This document shows, piece by piece, positions 24,324 to 38,950 of a DNA stretch of 64,000 nucleotides. The DNA lies in NCBI GenBank assembly GCA_030141605.1, contig JAQGDQ010000193.1:186001-250000 (forward strand). The letters run 5' to 3'. The DNA is from Tubiluchus corallicola. Its lineage: Eukaryota; Animalia; Priapulida. Position numbers and translations under genes: made by a program. The first letter of the stretch is position 1. Every line of letters starts with the position of its first letter. The notes beneath the pieces were generated by a model that did no database searches, had not been told where the DNA came from, and saw only the letters and a program-made list of their open reading frames with translations.

Positions 24324-25544
24324 CTAAAAACAGACGAAAGAAAATACAGATTAAAACATTTAATTGAAAAAGATGATAAGTTCTGAAATGAATTCTTAAA
24401 AAAGCCACACGCGAAAAGCTGTTTAATTCGTTATAATGATCACCTTAATGACTTGTATTATAACACGTAATGACATATTTAAACAGAGATATGTTTAAGA
24501 CCGAAATTTACAAATTCAATAGGACAACCTAAAAGTGTACATGTAATATAATATACATTGTGATATATACCCTATATGTTGACCCAAAAAGTCAATGCTT
24601 TTTAATAATTAATATTTGCCTAGGCCCCTCAATAAGCCGCAAACTGGGTGCGCGCATTAATAAAGCACTAGCTGTGCTAAAAATATTCAGAGAATTAATT
24701 TTCTGTAAGTTACCATGCATAAAGGCCTAAAAGCAATTGTCTTTGATCTATAGCGAAATGCATGTGTTGGTAATAAAAACTGAAACTTTAATTAGCAAAT
24801 AACCGCGAATAATTAGAATTTTAATTAATGCAGGCAGAGCCTCTAGTTTATGCTTTATACTGTCGTTAAATTACCATAAGCGGCCATGCCAGTTTACGGA
24901 ATTCTGCCAACAGCAAGGTTACGAGAGCAAAAATAAACCAAAATAAATAAATTGCTATTGAACTAAAAGCATAAGTTTAAGTGCATTGTAAACTTGCTTA
25001 CATATTACAGTGTCTAAGTAGCTTTGTCCAAAAACCAAGATGGGGTGTTTCTAATGAGTGACGACCATGACTCAAGGCCAGAACTCATTAAGCCAAAGGG
25101 TTAATTTACACAAATATCATTGCAAAAGGCGTTACGGAGGAAAAAGTACACAAAAATTTACGAGGCGGTAATCAATCTTTGTTTTTTAAGTGCTCGAATC
25201 CTGACATTACAGCTTTGAAGCTTTCCATTTTTAGTTGAAAAAAAGTTAAAAATCAATATACTGCTATATAAAAATTACAAAACTGTAAAATATTTTGCAT
25301 GTTAGCGAATTTCATGCAGCACGGCGCACAAACTAGAATTAGTAAATAAGTGGCCAAGCTTCAGCTGCTGGCAAATTGTATCCTTACCCGATTTATATAC
25401 TCAAAAAACTCAAGACTGACAAAAAGATCTGCTTTTGAAATAAACAAGCAGGGAAATCCATCAAACGTCAAAACAACAATGTAAACAACTGAAGACCGAT
25501 CCCACATTCCGTTTCAAAACTGAGGGAAGATATAAAAGGAAAAA

Positions 25545-25741
25545 GGGGAAGATGGAAGGCAGAGGCGGCAGAGACAGAGACAGATGGGGAAGGAGGGAGA
25601 GGAAGAGAGGGAGGGAGAGAGGGAGGAGAGAGAGAGAGAGAGAGAGGGAGAGAGGGAGGGAGAGAGGGAGAGAGAGAGAGAGAGTGAGAGAGAGAGGGAG
25701 AGAGAGAGAGAGTGAGAGAGAGAGGGAGAGAGAGAGAGAGG
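25545..25741. repeat. GA-rich polypurine / compound (GA)n tract
   Basis: About 200 bp that is almost entirely purine on the + strand. Confidence 0.93.
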
Positions 25742-28700
25742 ATGACTTGTTGATTCGCAGGTCAGCAGCATCTGGAGGCTGAATCGTGTGCGCTTAACTG
25801 CTTATAATTAGCTAGCTCGCAAATGCGATTATGGTCGTAATTAAAACAGCCGCGGAATAATTAATTAATCCAAGATTAATTAACAGCGCAAGGTCCTACG
25901 ACCGTCAAGGGCTGAACGGTTAGATTAATTAGCACAGAGTAATTACTTTGAAAACGTCAAGGTGATTAAGTCAACAAAAGTCGTGAAAATTTCACCCTGA
26001 GCGTTTAATACATGGCTGTGTACGCGTCATGAAATCTTGCTACAAATCCCCAAATTTCCGCACGTGGGTATATAGTTTGTCCAGGACGATTTTAGCCACA
26101 AACATAATAGCCATCAAATGTAAGCGGCAAACATCCTGTAGCTATAGTTAGATTAGCCATTGGACAGTTTGCTATTCTAGGCTCAAGTTACCAGAAAGCC
26201 TGCTAAAAAGCACATCGTCATTGACACAGTTACTAACTCTAGGTGTATATATACCGCTGTGTATATTCACGTTTACATAATATCCAAAACCCGTAACAAG
26301 ATCATGTTGAAAACAAATTGAGCTGGTGGAAAAGAGCCTCAACTAGATAACCGCCAGCTGCTTAATATAGAAGCCATTTTGCTAAATTGAGGAGACTCGA
26401 GCCGGAAGCCAGCTGTTCCAGTTTGTATCCAGCGGATTTCCGCGTCAGAGGAGGGGTTTTCCACCGCAATGATCGAATTCGCGCACCGCTAAAAAAAGGT
26501 TTACCAAACTTTCACTTGGCTAACGGTGTCAGTGGGGCAAATGCAGTTCAGTGAAATTACATTTAAATAACCACAACTTGACAACTAAATTATTTTTGAA
26601 AATTGCTCAGAGCCAATCGCTTGGAAAAATTACGAATCATAAATTGATAGGTATTACATCTGATAATAAGTGAAAATAATTTTATCAAATTTATCTGTGA
26701 CGTAGCGGTCATTTGTCGGAAATTCTGTTTTTAAGAATGTGCTAATCTTTGGCAACGTGCTAATTTTTGGCCATATTTGGAACGAATTATACTTTCGACA
26801 GTTAAGCCATATTTAAGGCCACGGTGTGAATGTCACATAATATCTGGCAACAGTTGCTATCATTGGCTATGGCAATGCATCAAGCCGAATGTGGCGCCCT
26901 GTTAGTAAAGTGTCGGCGACGTTACTATGACTGGGCTTCGCTCGTTAAACGAATAAACTGTTAAACTTGTTTTAACAAGAAAGTAACCTTTAACAGTATG
27001 CTGTTTATAGTAACTACTGTGTGAAAACGCCCTTGTAATACTTGGAAGTCTCTTGATTCCACTTAGATATAAACAACTTTCTCCGAGTACGCTGACCCAG
27101 TGTTAATTCTATTGTTATCCATTATAATAGCTCCACCCCGATGGCAAACTGATGATTTTATGAGGGGCGTAATTGCAAAAGGGAGTCATAGCAACACAGT
27201 CAGAGATAACTTGAAAGTAATGCTTCAAAAAATCTTGCAAAACAAAGAGAAAATAAATGTTTTATAAACGAATCGTACGACAAAAACCACTAACAATACC
27301 GAAAAGAGAACCAGCAACCCAAAACTCTATTGTTGTAGGAATTCTATGAAAAGAGGAGCATTTGAAGGGCAAGGGTGGAGATGAAAAATGATGATGCTGT
27401 CAAAACTTTAGTCCATGCAGGCAAGACACAGTGATTACCGCCCATCAAAGACAACAAAACCAGAAAACGCCCGGCGTGATGTTATGCTAGCATGTCTGAT
27501 TAAAGACCGATTTTGGAGGAACGTATATGGAATATGGAATATGATCAAATGGGCCTGCAGCATTGCTGTTCGTGACGAATTTAGAAAATTGAATATAATT
27601 ACTGCACGCGGTTTAAAAATGAAGTAAAAGCAGAACGCACACTCTAAATTAGAAATTATTACACGTATTGCATATAAATGTAAACACACATTAAAAATTG
27701 ACAATCTGTGATTCTCTGCAGTGAGCAAGAATCTAAAAACAGATACGTGCGACACTTTGTGTTGCTTGTGTAAAAAATTTACGCACAGCAAATTTAGCAT
27801 TGATTACTGATGAGATAGGCCTACAAAATGCTGCGTATGCTGTTTTGATTTTTTTTACCGTCAGGAACTTTTTACACGTTTCTAATATGTTGATTAAAGC
27901 AAAACCGTACCCAATCGTAAACTGTAAGTCAAAACAATCTAGTCTTTAAAATATTGAAAGGAAACATGCTATTTTTTTCAAAAGTGACTTACGTGAAAGA
28001 ATTATTACCACACAAACACAATTTCGCGTTCGCGCCACTAGTTCTTCGCTGCTACATGCATTTCGCCAGTCGCTAGTTAGACGGGCACAAGTGCTTGCAT
28101 TTCAGAAACGCAGTCAACAAAAAAACAGGTGCTGTACCTCTCAGTTCAGATGTGTTAGTTTGTGACGAACTACAAACGTTCGACAGCTCATGCGTGAGCA
28201 CAGCGGTAAATTTGAAATTGAATTTTTATCTTAAAACTTGCTTAGTTTTAGTACAACACACTGAATATCTTACAGTAGCACTGTACTTCAATTCTCGCTT
28301 TCGCAAACACGTGCAACACGCTCATGGAATATTTTTGTTGTTAAACATCACGTTAATTTGTAATGTCGTAAATAGTTGGGCTCGCCTGCAGTTAATTAAG
28401 TTTTTAATCTATAATTTAATTATATCAGAAACCGTTTTGCAGTGTTATTTGTGTTAAAATTATGCTTTTTATCGGATTTGAAAATGAGGTAGTATATGAA
28501 AAATCATCCTTTCAAGGTTCAATCTAAATCTGACCATTTTTAGCGATCATAACAGTACTGATTGTACTCGAACGTACAACCGATGGCGATTTTACGAAGG
28601 GAGGAAATCGGATTCCTTTCCTACCAAGATTATGAAATCAAATTATGCGATATTTTCAAGGTCACTCGTAACAGCAATTATTCTTGTGGGTGAATGGGTA

Positions 28701-31700
28701 TAATAATGATAACAGACATTAAATTTCAGTTTCCGACTACAGTCACTAGCCAGTAAACCTTGCTACTTTCCAATAAGCAAATATGACTTATCATTTACTG
28801 TTGCATATTCTTCAAATGTCTTTTAGAAAAACAAGAACTTGGCAACCGTAGCTTAGGTCGAAATGGGCAGCTGAAATTATACAACAACAGAGGAAAAGAA
28901 TGAATTTATTGAGTTATGGGCCGCCAAAGCAGTTCCGCATTAAGTTCACGAAAATGACAGTTCAACGTGGGATTTAACGGAAAGAATTACGTTAAACCGC
29001 CTCTGTTTAAATTAAATATGTTAAGGCGATATTGTATTATAAGGCGGACTTTTGTATGCACATCGGATTGCTAGAGAATATATACGTTATAAAATAATAA
29101 CGCAAAAAACAACAAATTCTAAATATCAAATTATATTTATTTATGCATTTGAAAAATTCATTCAGAGCGATTAAGGTTTCTAAGAATTTTTAATCATCTA
29201 CAAACCTTCGAATAACTGCTGATTATACAACACGATACAGTAATTACATTAAATTTATTTTCTATAAAAACAAGGGAGCAGATTGGGAATTGGTAATATC
29301 GCGAATATACAATAGAAATACAATGAATTACAATAGAAATAGTCAAATATGACATTCACGTTAAACTCGCTTAAACGTGCAGCCTTGTCTGCTAGTTCTG
29401 AAAATGCACTGATTGAAAATTTACTAATTTGAAAAAAACTTGAACTGAACGGGACTTGTTCAGAGCGGCAGTTCTGCAACAAGTGTATTAAATTTAAAGT
29501 TTTAACATTAACACATGACAATTCACAAAAGCATTATGTATTTGAAGCAGCCAGGCATTGAAAGATTGATCTGGTCCAATACCTAGTGGTAGACATGGCA
29601 AAATCAGGGAGACCAGTTATAGTTTTCCAACAGAAACCAGGAGAAAACTAATCAAGCAAGTTGGATGACTAGCCTGTCGCAAATAAAAACGGAACTTTTA
29701 ACACAAAAGTTCAGCTTTTCTTGTTAAACATTTGAAAGACAAAACATAAGAGGAAACTTGTAAAAGCGAAATACATTAGCCCATGCGATAGCAGAGGGTG
29801 TACTGCTGTAGAGTCTGTGGGTGGGCACTCGAATTAATGCAAAAACCAGTTATGGAGGAAACAATTTTCTACGAACGTCATAAAATCTCTTGCCAGGGGA
29901 ATTTCGTAATTAAAAATTAATTGCTTAATCGTCGAACTGCTAACAAGTCATCTTAATCAATTTACAGTCAGCTTCTGCTTTGCGTTGCTGCTCTAGTCAA
30001 GCATTTTAAATTAGAAACGTCACGGAAAGTCTCTATACGCGTGATACAGTAAGGTTGCTATAGACACAGTGTTGGAAACGCATTGAGTGATCGTCTTGCA
30101 TGGCGAAGAAGCGCAGAAAATTATTGAAAAAAGAACCCCCGGGTATTAATCGATATAAGTTTTTGTTTGCAAAAGTTCATACGTGAAATCCTAGGAGGCG
30201 AAGCAGCCAAATGTAGATCAATGTCTATGTTTTGACGTAAGCCATAACAGATCGTAACAACAAAAGCCAAAAAGGAAAGCCAAAACGAGACGCCTGCATG
30301 TGCGTTTTTGCAAAAATAAATCATTAAAAAGGTTTAAAAAGTTATATAAAAATTTGAACGGCATCAAAATTTTCAACATTCGCTTCTAAAATGGTTAATT
30401 TTAATTTGCACACTTGGCGGGACAACAGCAAGCTTGGGTTAGAACTTGGAAAACACATTTTTCTATGCTCTTCAATGCTAAAAATTATCCCAAGCATTAG
30501 AGATGACGTGCAGCCCTTACTAAGTACATGTAATATGATCACTACAATTCATAATACATGCACAAACGGCACCTGTATGCAAGCTTCAGGGCCAAGAGCA
30601 AACAGGATCCGCGAGTTGCACAGGATAGCAGAGTACATTGTTATCCTGTGTTAAGTTGGCCCTCTCTACCTCTCTGCAAAACGTTCACTTTCCCTCAGAC
30701 ACTATGGCGTCTCTTTTCCTTGCCTTCCCACTTCCACAGGCAACCATGTTACCTGAGGAACGACTCGACCCCTCATCTTCCTAAACGCCTAACATCAAGA
30801 AAAAAAGAGCAAACTCTTTCCAGAGATCCACAGTGAGACTTGCAGAAGGGAGGGGTCAAATCCGGTTTCTTTTGACACGTAGTCACAAGATTGACAAAAT
30901 AATTACAACTCCCAGAAAAATCACACATTGCAGACAGAATGGATGAGGAATCACGCCCCCACATCCCGCCAGAGCAGACTTTCCATCACGCCCCTATAAG
31001 GCAACAACATGCATTGATTTTTTTTTGCACAGAGCGTCTCTGGTCGTTAAAAAATGGGTTTGCGCCAATTTGCTAAATAAACTAAACTTTGATTAAGTCA
31101 ACACGGAGCGGGATAGAATTCCATTTCACTTAACTCACTTTTCAAACACAAGTGAACGCTGGCGAGGAAATCTGATAAAACAAAAAGGAATTTTGTTTGC
31201 CAAAAAATTACCCTGTTATACAGTGGTTGCTCGGCGGTTTGAATTTCGCTAGACAAGAACTCGCTAAAATGCTTTTAGTTTGTGAACAAACCGACTAAAA
31301 TTAACTTCAACCCTTCTGACAGCAAGTGGTTGCTCTTTTTTACATCGCACTACTAATTCTTACATAAAAAATCAATAACTGTGTAAAAAGTAACTCTACT
31401 TATGAAAAACGTACATCACTTATAAGAATTTTGACTTGTAATAGGTTAATAAATCTTCATCATAAATACACTGCAAATATTATGATACGAACTGGTAATA
31501 AACTTCATGTTGATGATGCTAATGTTCGCTTGACTAATGATTTCAACAAGGTCATAGTGATCACGCAAGATTCAACTCGCCTCCTGCTGCTGATGGCTAT
31601 GATGATGTAGCAATCAATAAAAACAGTTTTTAAAAGAGTGCAACTTGACCGCAAGCGAGAGTGCTGCCATTTTTCTCACAGACCATAATGTGGTCACGCC

Positions 31701-31838
31701 GAAACTCTTGATCGACCACGCAGGGTGCATTTGGGAACAAAGCTTGTACCGCACACAAGTTACTGTGAGAATTTTAACATCTGCGGTGACACATTTCAGC
31801 GTATCTGTTATCCTTCACTCCAAAAGAAACAGAAAAAC

Positions 31839-31842
<4 letters not shown>

Positions 31843-31890
<48 letters not shown>

Positions 31891-31935
31891 AAGGGAGGAA
31901 GGGAGGGAGAGGTAAAGAGAGAGAAAAAGAGAAAG
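31843..31935. repeat. (GA)n microsatellite plus G/A-rich tract
   Basis: Perfect GA run followed by poly-G and GGGA units. Confidence 0.93.
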
Positions 31936-34049
31936 TGACAAAAAGGGCAGGAAATGAGCATAACTATAAGGAAGAGGACAAGTTGGGGCAACAGGGCTGT
32001 TTCAGTGTCATAATTTCGGCGCAGAAGGGTTAACATCGATCACTTCGTGGATATTTTGTCAGCTGTGACCATGCACGCATTCTTTCTTTGAGCATACGAA
32101 CCGACACAACAGCGTTGCCCGCCGGGTGTTGCAAATTCGAATTATTTATACGACCACAAATTAATAAATTTTACAGAATGGTGTCATAAAATTTTGATGA
32201 AACGAGTTCTGGGTACTAAACAGTAAATGTCTGCGATACCAGGCAATATACAGATGATATAACAGGTATAAGCAAAGATACTACTTACACAAAATACTAG
32301 TAGATGTAGCAACTTGAATTGACAATATGACATAGAGAAAAAACCAGGAAACATAAAGTAAAGTCTGTAACACAGGGAAAAAGTTACAAAGTAAAATGTG
32401 GTCATACTACATTAAAAGGAATGCCACATGTTTAGGCTAAAGAACAATTTAAATGTGAAAGGTCTCTTCATGATAATAAATTAATCGGGGATTTGCCAAA
32501 AATCTAATTTTAACTGCAACTACACTTTTTGCTAAAATAATCAGAAAACGACAACCATCTGAGTAAATGATTTCACCAACATCTCTGGCCTACTCTGGCG
32601 GGAAGCCTTTGATGCCATGAAAAAAAAGAAATTTGCATAAACAGCTTTAGGAATCGCTAAAAGTCTGTCACATTTTAGCCTATTATAATAATTTGAAATG
32701 CGTTTTGCCCTCGTAAAACTGCACTATCTTAACAATAAAATCGAAAATTTCCAGAAATCTGTGACTTTGCGGCGAGCGAAAACTCGCTAGGAAATCATAT
32801 AAAACTGAATTAAAGTCGATTGATTAAAAGATGAAAGGCTAGCCGAAGAGAAGGTCGGTTATAAATCGCATACACTATTATACAAAACAAGGCAATGACG
32901 ATTAAACACACAAAACTAGTCCGAATGCAAAGCATTGGATTAATCAGTGAACTTTCTTCTGCATACCTACCTGGATATATCATTTAGATGGCCATTTACT
33001 ATTGTCGTGAATTCGTTTTTCTTAAAAATGTATAATGCAGAGTAACTCTATTGCGATGTCACAATATAAATACTAATTATGGAAGAGACGGCGAAATAGA
33101 CAGCGTTATAGAGTTGCATCGCAAACAAATAATCCAACAGTTAAGAAAAAAATGAAGAAGAAACCCTAGCATTTTTTGAAATAACTTCTAGGTAACAAAT
33201 AAATATTTTATACAGAAAATTACCGTGTAATTAACGACGAGTAGTTTCAGCAGTTATAAGACTACAAAATACCGTGACGTCAGCAAGCCTGTAAAATGCA
33301 TCCCTGGGAAGATGCCACATGCGAAAACAGACACCATAAAGACCGTGCAAGAAGTTCCAGTAAATTCTCTAAATCATAACAACTCTGAAATGACGCATGG
33401 TCACGCACTCCAACAGTGGTGTCATGCAACGGTCAGTCAAGTCACCCAGAATTAATAAGCAACTTGGTAATCAAGAAGAAAAATCGTTAACGCAGTGAGA
33501 AAAATTCTAACAAAATACCATTTCATGATTTCGTCTCGTCGTTTAATAATTTTGGAAGCTTAGAGTATGAAACACAGGCCAGTGCATTATTGGAAAAAAC
33601 AGTAATAGGGACAGGTATCAAAACAGAACAAAACAATAGTGCCAATGTACGCTAATAGTCAGATTACTTGCATAGTTCTTACACTGTTTTTTTAATGTTA
33701 CAAGTGTTACGTATAATCTACTTTACTTAGCGTTTATAGGCAATTAAAAAAGATATCGTTTGAAAAATAATTTCCTGGTATATTACTACGTATTCCTTGT
33801 GCATGTATTTTACACTGTCTGATCTGTTCAACAAATACCGTGTTCCAAGACGCGGGGACTACATATACTGAGATGTATGTACATAGACTTGAAAGTTTTT
33901 TGAAAAAAGGCTTTTATAGGACCAAGTTATTGAGGTATTATCATCTAAAAATCACTGCACCTAAAAGTTACTGAGTTAAAATTAACACGGGGACTTGCAT
34001 GGTGGGAATTTCGACACGCGACTGTTCATATAATCAAACTCTGTTTGAT

Positions 34050-34428
34050 CATATGAACTCTGTAATCAAACAAGCAGTTCTACTTTGGAATTCTCTACCA
34101 TTACAGGTTAAACAAATCAAGTCCCTATCAGCATTCAAAACAAAATTAAAATCACTAATATTAACCAGATATGAAATACCATCACACCAGTACGACAACA
34201 TACACACTAATTCAGAATTCATATATCCACGTCATATTAATTAAATCATAGTTTTTCATTTTTTTTGTGCATAGTTGTAAATATGTTTGATTTTATTCGT
34301 CGTTACTTTCCATTACTGCACAGTAGTTTAGATTGCACTGACGCAAGTTTTTATTAACTAACACTGATTGATCATCTCTGTAAAGTTTTTATCAGTGATT
34401 ATCAATGTATTTTAATGGCAAATAAAGA
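34050..34428 (+). mobile_element. 5'-truncated non-LTR retrotransposon 3' end (CR1/L2-group ORF2 C-terminus plus 3' UTR)
   Basis: ORF 33999..34244 contains AVLLWNSLPLQVKQIKSLSAFKTKLKSLIL, the typical WNSLP...S...FK..LK terminus. It is followed by aataaa and a simple-repeat tail. Confidence 0.75.
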
Positions 34429-34464
34429 TTATTATATATTATATTATATATTATAATATAATAT

Positions 34465-34503
<39 letters not shown>

Positions 34504-34650
34504 AAGAGAGAGGGAGAGGGAGGGAGAGAGAGTGTGTGTGTGGTAGAGAGAGACAGCGAGAGAAAAGGGAGAGACAGCAACGAGAGAGAGAGAGAAAGAA
34601 AGCGAGAGGGAGGGAGGGAGGGAGGGAGGGAGAGAGGGAGAGAGGGAGAA

Positions 34651-34719
<69 letters not shown>

Positions 34720-34723
34720 GAGA
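34429..34723. repeat. Compound microsatellite (TA)n-(GA)n-(GGGA)n-(GACA)n
   Basis: Visible directly in the sequence. Confidence 0.95.
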
Positions 34724-36047
34724 CTGAATGACATTTAGCAGGCTTTCTGGGAATGTGGTTATGTTTAAACCTGATACATTTCTCAGGAGTGTGTGTGTGT
34801 GCATGTGCAAAGTTGGCAGACAAATATACAAACATGCAAACATGTTAAGACGACAAATGAAGTTCAGTTACAGATCCTAGCTTATTGAGTGAGTATGAAT
34901 GGCTTCTCTGTATGGCTTCACGTGGATTGCAGATGTGGTATGAAGTTTAGGCTTCACCTGTGTTCACATGGGTTGCAGATGTGGTGTGAACAACAGGGGC
35001 AGGTTATCGCCGATGTTTGTACCTAATTGCTTTGACTTTGTGAAGCAGCCTCAATGACAAATGACTAAAAGACTGTCTCATTTAAATCATTTAACTGTAC
35101 TGTACAATGTTTTAAATCATCACTGCATTATTAATTATTTTATTTCCATTTCTTCTGTATTCTTTTGTATATTGTAAATACGCTCACGGACGCTTAACCC
35201 GAAATAAAATTTTACTTACTTACAAATGAAATGGCACGGTTAATTCTAAAAACATTTCCATATTACCTGTTAGTATATACATAATCACGAGAAGCAAAAA
35301 ATGCTATGAGCAAATGAAAAATAGATTTATTCGAACTTTTGAGTTTTTTTATAGTTGCATAGTTTTACAGTATGAGTTTTTATCTTACTCTTAGTATTAA
35401 AAAGTCTGTAAGTATGTCCACATAATAACCAACAAATGGTAACCAACAATACGTCAAACTAGTACATGGACTCATAATTTTTTAGTCCTTTTAATAATCA
35501 TGTTTTTTATCAAAAAAGTGGACATGGAATAATTCAAATACGATCAAAATTATTCATAAGGTTGTATGAATAAATTTCTTGCACTTTATTCCTGCAATAG
35601 GGGATGTCTTCAGTTGATTTTGAGACACCCGGAATGTCAAATACAGTATTTTAAGGCATTTTCCCAGTTTTGTGCACGTACTGCAGCTTACAAGAATAAA
35701 TAAATTATTTTGTAATAAACACTATGTAGCTAGAGACGTATAGGAATATACTTATCTGTCGCAGCTCGTAAAATTATTAATATTACTTTATCACTAAACA
35801 AAGAAGAAAACTTTGTCATAGATTACATTGTATCTTTATCTTAATCAGGAAATAGTCTGCAAAAATACGGTGTTACACTGAGACTCTTTGGGCAATAACT
35901 ACACGTTCAGTATCGTTTTTATCCTTCAAAATAATTTATGCTGTGTACGTATTGCGTGAAAAACAGCTTGTCGATATCGTATCGTTTGGGAAAAAAATAT
36001 CGTATGGCATCGTTATCGTATGGCCAAATTTGTATCGTTTAACATCC

Positions 36048-36251
36048 TGAACCCTGGTAAAAAAAGTCTTAGGTAAAAAAGCCACAAGTAAAAAAGTCAC
36101 AGAAAAAAGTCGCAGGAAAAAGTCATAAAGAAAAAGGCAGGGGAAAAAAGAAATAACCCTAACAGTAATGCTAATCCTAGCAAAAAGTAATTCTGACTTT
36201 TTTCCTAGCCGAAGTTGTGACTTTTTTCCTGTGATTTTATTACCGGTCACC
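36048..36251 (+). mobile_element. Foldback/MITE-like element with AAAAAAGTCACAGG subrepeats (copy A)
   Basis: The left arm repeats aaaaaagtcacag and the right arm has the inverted tgtgacttttttcc. The centre is ccctaac-like and the element ends ccggtcacc. Related copies lie near 43097 and 54806. Confidence 0.7.
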
Positions 36252-36665
36252 AACATCCCTAGTTTAACTATCAATTGGTTAAATCATTTTTTAAACAAGT
36301 ATAATAAATCTGGTTCTGGCTAGTTAAATCAGCAAGCTCATGGCCATGCGCTTTCCGGCTACTATAAATCTTCTTCCACGAAGCAGATAACGAGATAGTT
36401 GGAAAATAAAATGCTGTTGTTATTGTTTAACTGTTTACACACACTCTCGTTTGTAAACTTTTTAAACTGGAGCACAGATACTGAAAGTGTAAACAAATAA
36501 TTTATCGCCTAAGCCAGTGCGTGTAGCGTTTCATTGTTTGAACCACTGACCCAAATTGTTCCTCGGCGTTTACTTGAAAGAACGCAAAGACGGTTTGTTA
36601 ACAAAAGGTAGTTGAATTGAGTTGTTCGCATGGCAAATATTTGATCGATAATGAAAAATGCTTAC

Positions 36666-36745
36666 CTAAATGGCAGGTAGGGCTGATTATTGCTAGACAC
36701 TAAAGGCCTATACGCTTCCTCCGGCGTTCGCTTCAGATATATCAC
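36666..36745 (-). CDS. CDC14: CDC14 exon (VIYLKRTPEEAYRPLVSSNNQPYLPFR)
   Basis: ttcatag acceptor, AG|gtaagc donor, 80 nt, phase 0-2. Contains the TPEEAY and YLPFR motifs. Confidence 0.96.
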
Positions 36746-38139
36746 CTATGAAACACACAAAATAATGTTCTATATTATAATGCTAAGAAAGGACCTCATG
36801 GAACATTTACACTTGAAAATGAAAATCATTATCAGTAAAAAAGTATCGCCTTTATTCAACTTCCTACATTGTCAAGTAATTAACATTGTTAATATTAAGT
36901 AATGCTACGTCACTAGTATCCATACTCAGAGACACTACTACCGAAATACTCTATTTCAATCAGCCAATAAAGAAAACACAAAAATTACACGTTTTTTCTG
37001 CTGAAGGCAGTACGGCTGAATTTTGTATGGCCATGGGAACTATAGTGCTAACAAACAGCCAAAGGCAATCAAAGGAAGACAACTAAAAGTCCCGCATAAG
37101 CTCGAGAGATGAGGCTACTACAAGCAAACGTAAGTGTACTTCAAGAAGAACTGTGTAAGCCTCTTGAAGACGTGCGATTGCGTTCTTTTCACAGACTTCA
37201 CGAGTATTTGTGTATACCTAGAGCGGAGAGTATTATAATGACTGGGTGCTGACCTCAGGGCCTGCGTGAAAAAGGCCGAGGGATATTCTCCAACTTCTCT
37301 GTGTTGTCTCGAAACAAATTCATGATTTTTAGAGACATACGTACTAGTACGTGGTTAAAAAAGTAATTATTAGGTTGCGATTGGACAAAGTTGTGATGAA
37401 AAATCTATAAAAATTAACTGGTCACATTGGAGGGACTTCCACTGGGTCCTATAAAATCCACGTCCTAATGAAGGTGCAAAATTGTTCAGCCTTTCTAATT
37501 TAGTATTGCCTTCGTGCACATTCTGCAACTAGTAAAGCAGTCTATGACTCCAAAAGGCCATTTTCCCATAACGCTCACGAAAACCAAGTAATTTTTTTAT
37601 TCATCAGCAAATAATTTCGCAAATCTTCTCTGCATACTTGTAACTAGCGTAGGATCATAAAATTTATCACATTGAGCCAATAGGAGCAGACGCAGCTGCT
37701 GCCATATTAATTAGAATTATTGATTCTAGTTTAATTACCAATCAGCTGGTTAATAATTATCAAGGGAAGCAGAATTGCTGAAACATTGGGAACTAAGTAA
37801 TGAGTTTCATTACTTGTCTGCATTCGTGCACCTGGAAATCTTCAAGAAGAGTGATCAGGGCACTACTTGTAGGACCGTGTTGCATTTTTCATTTAGAAGT
37901 TAGGAATGCGTACGAACTTATGTTAGAATAGCACATGATGGCATAAATTTGCATCATAAAATCATTTGCCAGAGGGGCTAACATACCTGTCCTTCACATT
38001 CCAGACAACATCCAAAGGAAAAGAGTCAACCTAGGAGTGCAAACAACAGAAAAGTTTCTGCTGTCGCGTCTCATTGTGTTTTGCTGCTCCTTATAAATTA
38101 TAGATCCAGGTAGAATCACCAAGAATTCTGACTCACTCT

Positions 38140-38950
38140 TCCTACTGTCACAGAAGAGCAAGAGCGGGCCTAGGGTACAGCCCTGTGGACGTACATGGGA
38201 CTTAAGCTAGATGCCAGTTTAAAAAATCGCAAGGAGTTTGAGCACAGTGTAGGTGTAGCCTGGCTGTCCTCGCCAAAGTAACCATTGATTTAATCTTACG
38301 ATAGAGGTGGAGATTAGAAAAGCATAGGGAAGAAAAGACAAGAAAACAAAAGAAAGATGGCGATAGGAAGTTATACATTTCACTACATACAAAAAACTTA
38401 CAGAAAAGTACTATATGTAGTATCGATCGAAAATGTTTCGTTTTACAGCAAACACATGCCTAAATTGGCGTAAATAACCGTTTAAGCGGGCCATGATTAT
38501 GATATAGCTAATCTAGTTTTTTTGGAAAAGTGGACATTCTCAACAATAAATCAAAAGTTTTCAAGCACAAAATTCTGTAACAAACTGCCCTTTCTGTAAC
38601 AAAACAACAAATATGAAAAAAAGAAAAGTACTATTTATACGAGCACGTATTTGAAGATACTCTGATTTACAACTTACATCACAACACCCCCATGTAAAGT
38701 AATATTCGCAATTTCTCGGCAGACAGAAAAAACCCAAACCAGTTGAGCATGTTGGAAACAAACAGGATAAGAGCCACTTTTGTATTGCTTGAGGAGGAGA
38801 GGGATAAATATCTCCAGAGGCGAATTTGTCACGCTTGGAGGAATGGAATGCGGGATGAGAGCCTACAAGGACTTGAGACGAATGCGGTGAGAGGTGTTAG
38901 AGATTTTGATACGACGCCAAAAAAACCCGGATCACGGTAAGAAGAAGGGA
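38140..38950 (-). mobile_element. Highly degraded LINE fragments
   Basis: Minus strand near 38150-38195 reads VRPQGCTLGPLLLF, resembling the RT motif GVPQGSVLGPLLF. Near 38900-38930 it reads approximately DPGFFWRRIK, resembling the FW-x2-IK linker. Confidence 0.35.
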
